Assembly (NCBI GenBank): GCA_964016885.1
Contig: OZ024742.1
Coordinates: 148,552,001-148,616,000 of the forward strand
From: Eledone cirrhosa
Lineage: Eukaryota
DNA length: 64,000 bases
Reading direction: 5' to 3'
Made by a program: the position numbers and the translations under genes. Of this stretch, positions 58,872 to 64,000 are shown piece after piece. The notes below the pieces were generated by a model that had not been told where the DNA came from, searched no databases, and was given only the letters and a program-made list of their open reading frames with translations. Position 1 is the first letter of the stretch; each line of letters begins with the position of its first letter.

Positions 58872-59625
58872 ATGTGTGTCGTGGAGATTTTAGCAAACAC
58901 ACTAACTTTCTATCGTCCTAAAAACAAATGCAAACTTCAACCATTCTAGTACGTAGCCTCAAACCAGTATTTACATTCTTTTTTCAGTTACCTTTGTTAT
59001 TTGGTACCGTAGCCGCTTCTTTCTAAAAATAACCATAAAATCCTCTAAAATCAAGCATAGCTATCTTTAAAAAAAAACACATTAGAAAATACAGCTCTAC
59101 ATATACCTGAAAATATGGAATGGTCACGGGTAGAACGTCTTTAAAGATAGGCATACTTGATCAGGGTCGGTTTGGTGTTAAATAACAACAATGATATACA
59201 ATGACAAGTAATAAACGAAAAATAAATTAATTGAGTCGAAACAACCTAAGAAGAGTAATATTTTCTAATATAGAAACAAGGCTATATATTTTGTGAGATG
59301 GGTAGTCCCTTAAATCATTCCCAGTCCCTTAAATCATTTTTGTAAATATTTCATCGATACTGGAAGATAGAGAGACACCAGTCTTGATTTAAAACCAGAA
59401 CTTAACTAAACACTGCAAGACGATTTTTCTTGTGCTTTATTAATTCTGGTGCTTTATTAATTTTGTCAAGAATGATAATATAAACCCCAAGTGTTTAAAA
59501 AATTAGAAAACCACTGTGTTGTAAAAGATGTCGTAAAAGTATCCATTCTAGTATTGTTGAAACTATAACCTTTCAAACCAACTAATGAAATAATTAACTT
59601 TAAAACATTCATGTTGTCTCCCTCA

Positions 59626-60019
59626 CAGACCTGTCAACTCTCCCCGTCGGACGGAGAGATCACACAACTTTGAGGTGGGTGAGAAATGTCTTTTCTTGTG
59701 AAAATGGGTATAACTTTCATTATGTAAAATCTCCAAGGGCGGTGGATTGGCAGTATCAGTAGAGGGTCGGACGCCATGCTTTCTAGCATAGTTATGTCCC
59801 TTTACGATCTGAGTTCAAATCCCGCCGAGGTTGACTTTGCCTTTCATCCTTACGGGGTCAATAAAATAAAGTACCAGTAATACACTGCGTGATTGCTGGC
59901 CTTGTGCCTAACGTAGAAACAATTATGTAAAATCTCACCATTTTGCGTAATTTCTCCTCGTTTGGGGCCCTTTTTTTCATGGTACTCCCCGTTTGGCCTT
60001 TGAGAGGTTAGCAGGTCTG
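59626..60019 (-). mobile_element. MITE interrupted by a SINE
   Basis: cagacctgtcaac...gttagcaggtctg; reverse complement of 33181-33369. Confidence 0.8.
59736..59922 (+). mobile_element. Full-length tRNA-derived SINE with 15-bp TSD
   Basis: B box GAGTTCAAATCC; attatgtaaaatctc at 59719-59733 and 59922-59936. Confidence 0.9.
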
Positions 60020-62809
60020 CTAACATAATTTTCACCGCCAACACCTAGAGCAAGGGTTATGGGTTTTTTGTATATTTGAACACCGCATTAACTCAAGTGT
60101 AATCTAGTGAGTCTGCTTCAAAGAATGTGTTATTAAATATACACGAAAATAGAATTACATTTATTGTGAAGATGTAATTATAAATATTGAAATGTGAAAT
60201 ATAAAAATAAACTAGCCTTTTAATTCAGAAACATTAGAATAAATATCATGTAATCAATAAACATGTTTTGTCTTGCAAACCCCAGCCGTGTTCCAGAAGG
60301 TCGTACTTAAGGGATCCAAACATTGCAGGTTTCCTATCCATGAGTCCAAGTATAGTATATGTCAATTAATGTTTGTAGGCAAATTCCCAGATTTTTATTT
60401 TGCAGCAAACCGCAAAATATTCCCAAAACATTAACGGTTTAAATAAAATACCTTCTATTGGAGTATCTAAAGTAACATGGAAACTCAAATCACGAGCAAT
60501 TGCCTCTAACGCTATGATATTTGCCACGAATGCAATAAGTATTTCTTTCAAGTCAGCTACGGAGCCTTTGTGTAGTCATTCGACCTGTTAGATATAGCAG
60601 CCGAATCTCCTAAAATAACTCCCTACCATCATTATAAAAAGGACACATTGGATAATGCTATCCATGACGGGACTGTCGTGGTTGAAATTCTTTTATCATA
60701 GATGAAATCCCAAAGATAAAACAGGAGTAGCTTCTTTTTTTGTTTTTCAATTGGACACTTAGGCTCTGGATTCGAACTTTGAACTGAAACTGAGTCACGA
60801 ATTCAGTTCGTTGGTATCTTCTGTTTTGCAGCCTTTCGCTAAATACTAGTTTTTAACTTATACACAAAAGAATTTGTATCGACGATTGTATCGACCCCAG
60901 TGTTCGCTAGTATTTATTTTAGTGATCCTATGGTATTTGGAGGGGCGAATTGGCAAATGGTTTGGGCACGGGTTAGAATATATTATGGTAGTTGTTCCAG
61001 ATCTCTTTCTAATTTAAAATACTACCAAAGCTTAATGTTGCCTTTCATCTTTTGATAAAATAAATTACCAGTCCATGACAGTGGGTTTGCTGGATTGTTA
61101 GAGCGTGTGTTCTCTTTTCCGGTACATTGCGTTCTGAGTTGAAATTCGACTTTGGGATTCCATTCTCTTCGATAGCCAAGACTAATCATCCGTCAACGGG
61201 ACCAGAACGGATTATGAAAGCTGCAATATATGAAGGAGAATTGTGACCAACTTTTGTAGTCAACCGATGATGATAATGAGTTGATTTGAAAGACGAACAT
61301 AAAGAGTTATAAACAAATATGGCGTGATGTGTTATTTAACACTCTAACGATTATTCCAACTCCCCATACTATATTAAATATTTACATGTATTTGTCTTAA
61401 TTAGGTTAGTTAAATCATGGGCAGAGTATTAGAGGAAATGTGGATTCAAAATTTGAGACAGCCATACTTTTTTAGATATGTGACTTGGTTTACTCTTTAA
61501 AAAATACAACAATTTTGTTAAATTTCTATAGTTTAAGCATGCTGAATAACAATGGAACTAGTTTTATAATAAAACTACTGGCAAAAATCGAATAAAGCAA
61601 AAAGAAATAAAAATTAATAAGCTACAGAATGAGACAAATTGAGTTTTATATCAAGATATAATAATTTGGCGACAAGAAATGGAAAAAAAAAAAAGTGAAA
61701 CAGATATTGACATTAAAAAGAAAGTCTGAACGTTTGAAATAAGCTTTATTGATTTTGATTTCTTTTCTTGTACACAAGATTTCAAATTTGTTGTAACGAA
61801 CAATAAAATTGTGTTACGTTCAATAGCTACAAAGATGAAGAGGAAGTGAATTGTCTTCATAGGATATTCAAATTACTTTTTTAATGCCAAGAATGTTCTT
61901 TAGAAATACATGATCATCCACTCAATCTCATTTATTTCGATATATAAAAATGTGGTGGGAGGGGAGTAGTAATATAAACCGATAACAAATTTGAGGTTTA
62001 CTGTCGTTAGCAAGAATAGAGACGCGCTTCTTCAAAACAAATCTCGTTTTATGATTATTCATGTTTTCCCTTAATGGTTCATGTAATTATTCGAATCTAA
62101 ATAAATAAAATTAAAGAACAATTTAAAAGAATTATGTTCCTAAACTAACTTCTCTCCAGTTCCAACTTTATCTTGCAAATTATTTAGTGCTTGTTGAGAA
62201 AATATTGTAGACCAATTGTCATACACTAATTTGGTTTGGAGAAAATTTAATCTCAACTCATTGGATTAATAGTTATTACTATTTCCTTTCATATTTCCTA
62301 TATTGCTTTGTTTATTTTTGAAGGACAATCTGTAGAAATCAAGGAAACTACTTTTTGTTTACTTAGGTAAACATGAGTAAATCTACCATTAAATATGATG
62401 ACGATGTGGACAACCTTGATCTCATGATAGCTTCTAATCTTTTTCAGTTCCCACTTTTAATCCTGGTACCGGTTAATTTTCTCCTTCTCCTTTCCTTACA
62501 CTCTTGTGTCAAAGGGGAAAGCTATATCTATAATCAAGCAAGATCTATTTTTTCCTTGTCAAAAACCACCAGGCCAGGCCTATTATGTTCTAATTTTTTG
62601 TCCGTTTGTATCCTGAAATCCCACAATACCTTCATCTGATCATTTTCTATCAGCGACTCTGTTGCGTGTTGTCATTATATTACAAACTGTAGCCTTGATT
62701 TCGTTGAGTGTGTACAGTGATATGACTCTTTATATTGTGGTTGTACTATTTTAATACAGCATGTTTTGCTGTGGTTGTTGGTTGTATATTTTTTGTTTTA
62801 ATATTCCCA

Positions 62810-62983
62810 GGGACATTTAATTACGGCTCTTTACGTTCTGTGTTCAAATCCTGCCGACATCAGCTTTGGCTTTCATCCTCTGGAGGTAAATAAAACAAAC
62901 TACCAGTAAAATACTGAGGTAGATATAATTGACTTTCACCTCCTCCAAAATGTCTAGGCTTCTGTCTATCCTAGAAACAATAA
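62810..62983 (+). mobile_element. SINE, older copy
   Basis: tttacgttctgtgttcaaatcctgccga..ctttcatcct..taccagt..tagaaacaataatt. Confidence 0.65.
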
Positions 62984-62984
62984 T

Positions 62985-63080
62985 TTCCCAGGCATCGTTT
63001 ATTGTGTGGATTATTTCTGTTTCACACATTCACGTTATTTCTATACCCAGGTCTTTATATTTGGATAAATTCTCAATGGT
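62985..63080 (-). pseudogene. Tiny RLE-type LINE remnant
   Basis: ENLSKYKDLGIEIT resembles the EK..KY.DL..EI motif of R4-type endonucleases. Confidence 0.45.
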
Positions 63081-63900
63081 AGGGGGTAAATGCTCGTCGT
63101 ATATATATGTGTGTGTATGTTTGTTAAGCACAATACATGCGTGAGTGTGTGTCCATGACACACATATACACCAGATCCGAACACAAAAGAACCAAACTCC
63201 ACCTGTCACTGCCTCCGCCTCTTCTGCTCTCCCCATTTCTCACTATTCTGAGCAAATGGAGGCCCACGCGCTGGCCATCCCGTGGCCCCGGCGGACAGAA
63301 TAGAAAAGGCGTTTCCTCGGAGGTTGATGAGGGGGGTGCGGGGGGGGGGGGGGGGGGGGACTAGAAGAGCCATTCCAGCTCGCGTTTGTTATGTGTATTA
63401 GCCTGAATAGCCATGTCTGTGTGTATCGGCATGTCCCAGAGTATAGCTGTGTTATCATCTAGTGTATGCCTATGGACTGTACATGTATTTCAAAGGGACA
63501 GATTTCACATAAACTTTATTACGCTGAATCTTCCTGAGAATTAGGTTAAGAGTACACGTCTCTGTGGAATGCTCAGCTACTTGCACGTTAATTTCACAAG
63601 CGGCGAGATGTTCAATTGATTGGACATCTGGAATACTTATCGTCGAAAGTGAGAGAGGGTGTGTATGTGTGTGTGAGAGAGGGGGTGGGAGAAAGAGAGG
63701 GAGGGTGCGTATGTGTATGAGAGAGAGAGAGAGAGAGGGGGGGAGATGGGGGAGATAAGATATTACTTCAGAAAAGTAGAGTCGAAACGGTAATAGCTTT
63801 AAGGTAGGCCTGAGCATCATCTTAATGATATTTATATATATATATTTATATATTTATTAAAATATATATCTGTACGTGTGTATATATATATATATGTACG

Positions 63901-63953
<53 letters not shown>

Positions 63954-64000
63954 ATCATTAAATATTTGCTCTACGGTTCTTATATATTTGATATATATTT

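Overview
AT-rich, microsatellite-dense eukaryotic DNA with no recognisable host gene; most ORFs in the supplied track are translations of (TA)n/(CA)n/(TACA)n. The SINE types and repeat landscape suggest an octopus genome (inference). The window holds decayed Helitron, RTE, Tx1/L1, R4/Dong-like, Tc1/mariner and Penelope-like (PLE) coding fragments, tRNA-derived SINEs and MITEs. It also holds many non-coding elements that mostly sit in or beside (TA)n arrays with a PLE-type 'inverted copy + direct copy + tail' layout. More than ten unrelated families of these carry hammerhead ribozyme (HHR) motifs with palindromic stem III, several with a compensatory U3:A8 core, and one forms head-to-tail ~430-nt monomers. 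The most striking signal is a five-copy family (13042-13140, 21107-21176, 21623-21681, 22818-22887, 23683-23752) whose hammerhead strands occur in a non-circularly permuted, pseudoknotted order. It shows covarying helices and a kink-turn-consensus loop in stem III. All RNA folds were derived by eye and none is experimentally shown.
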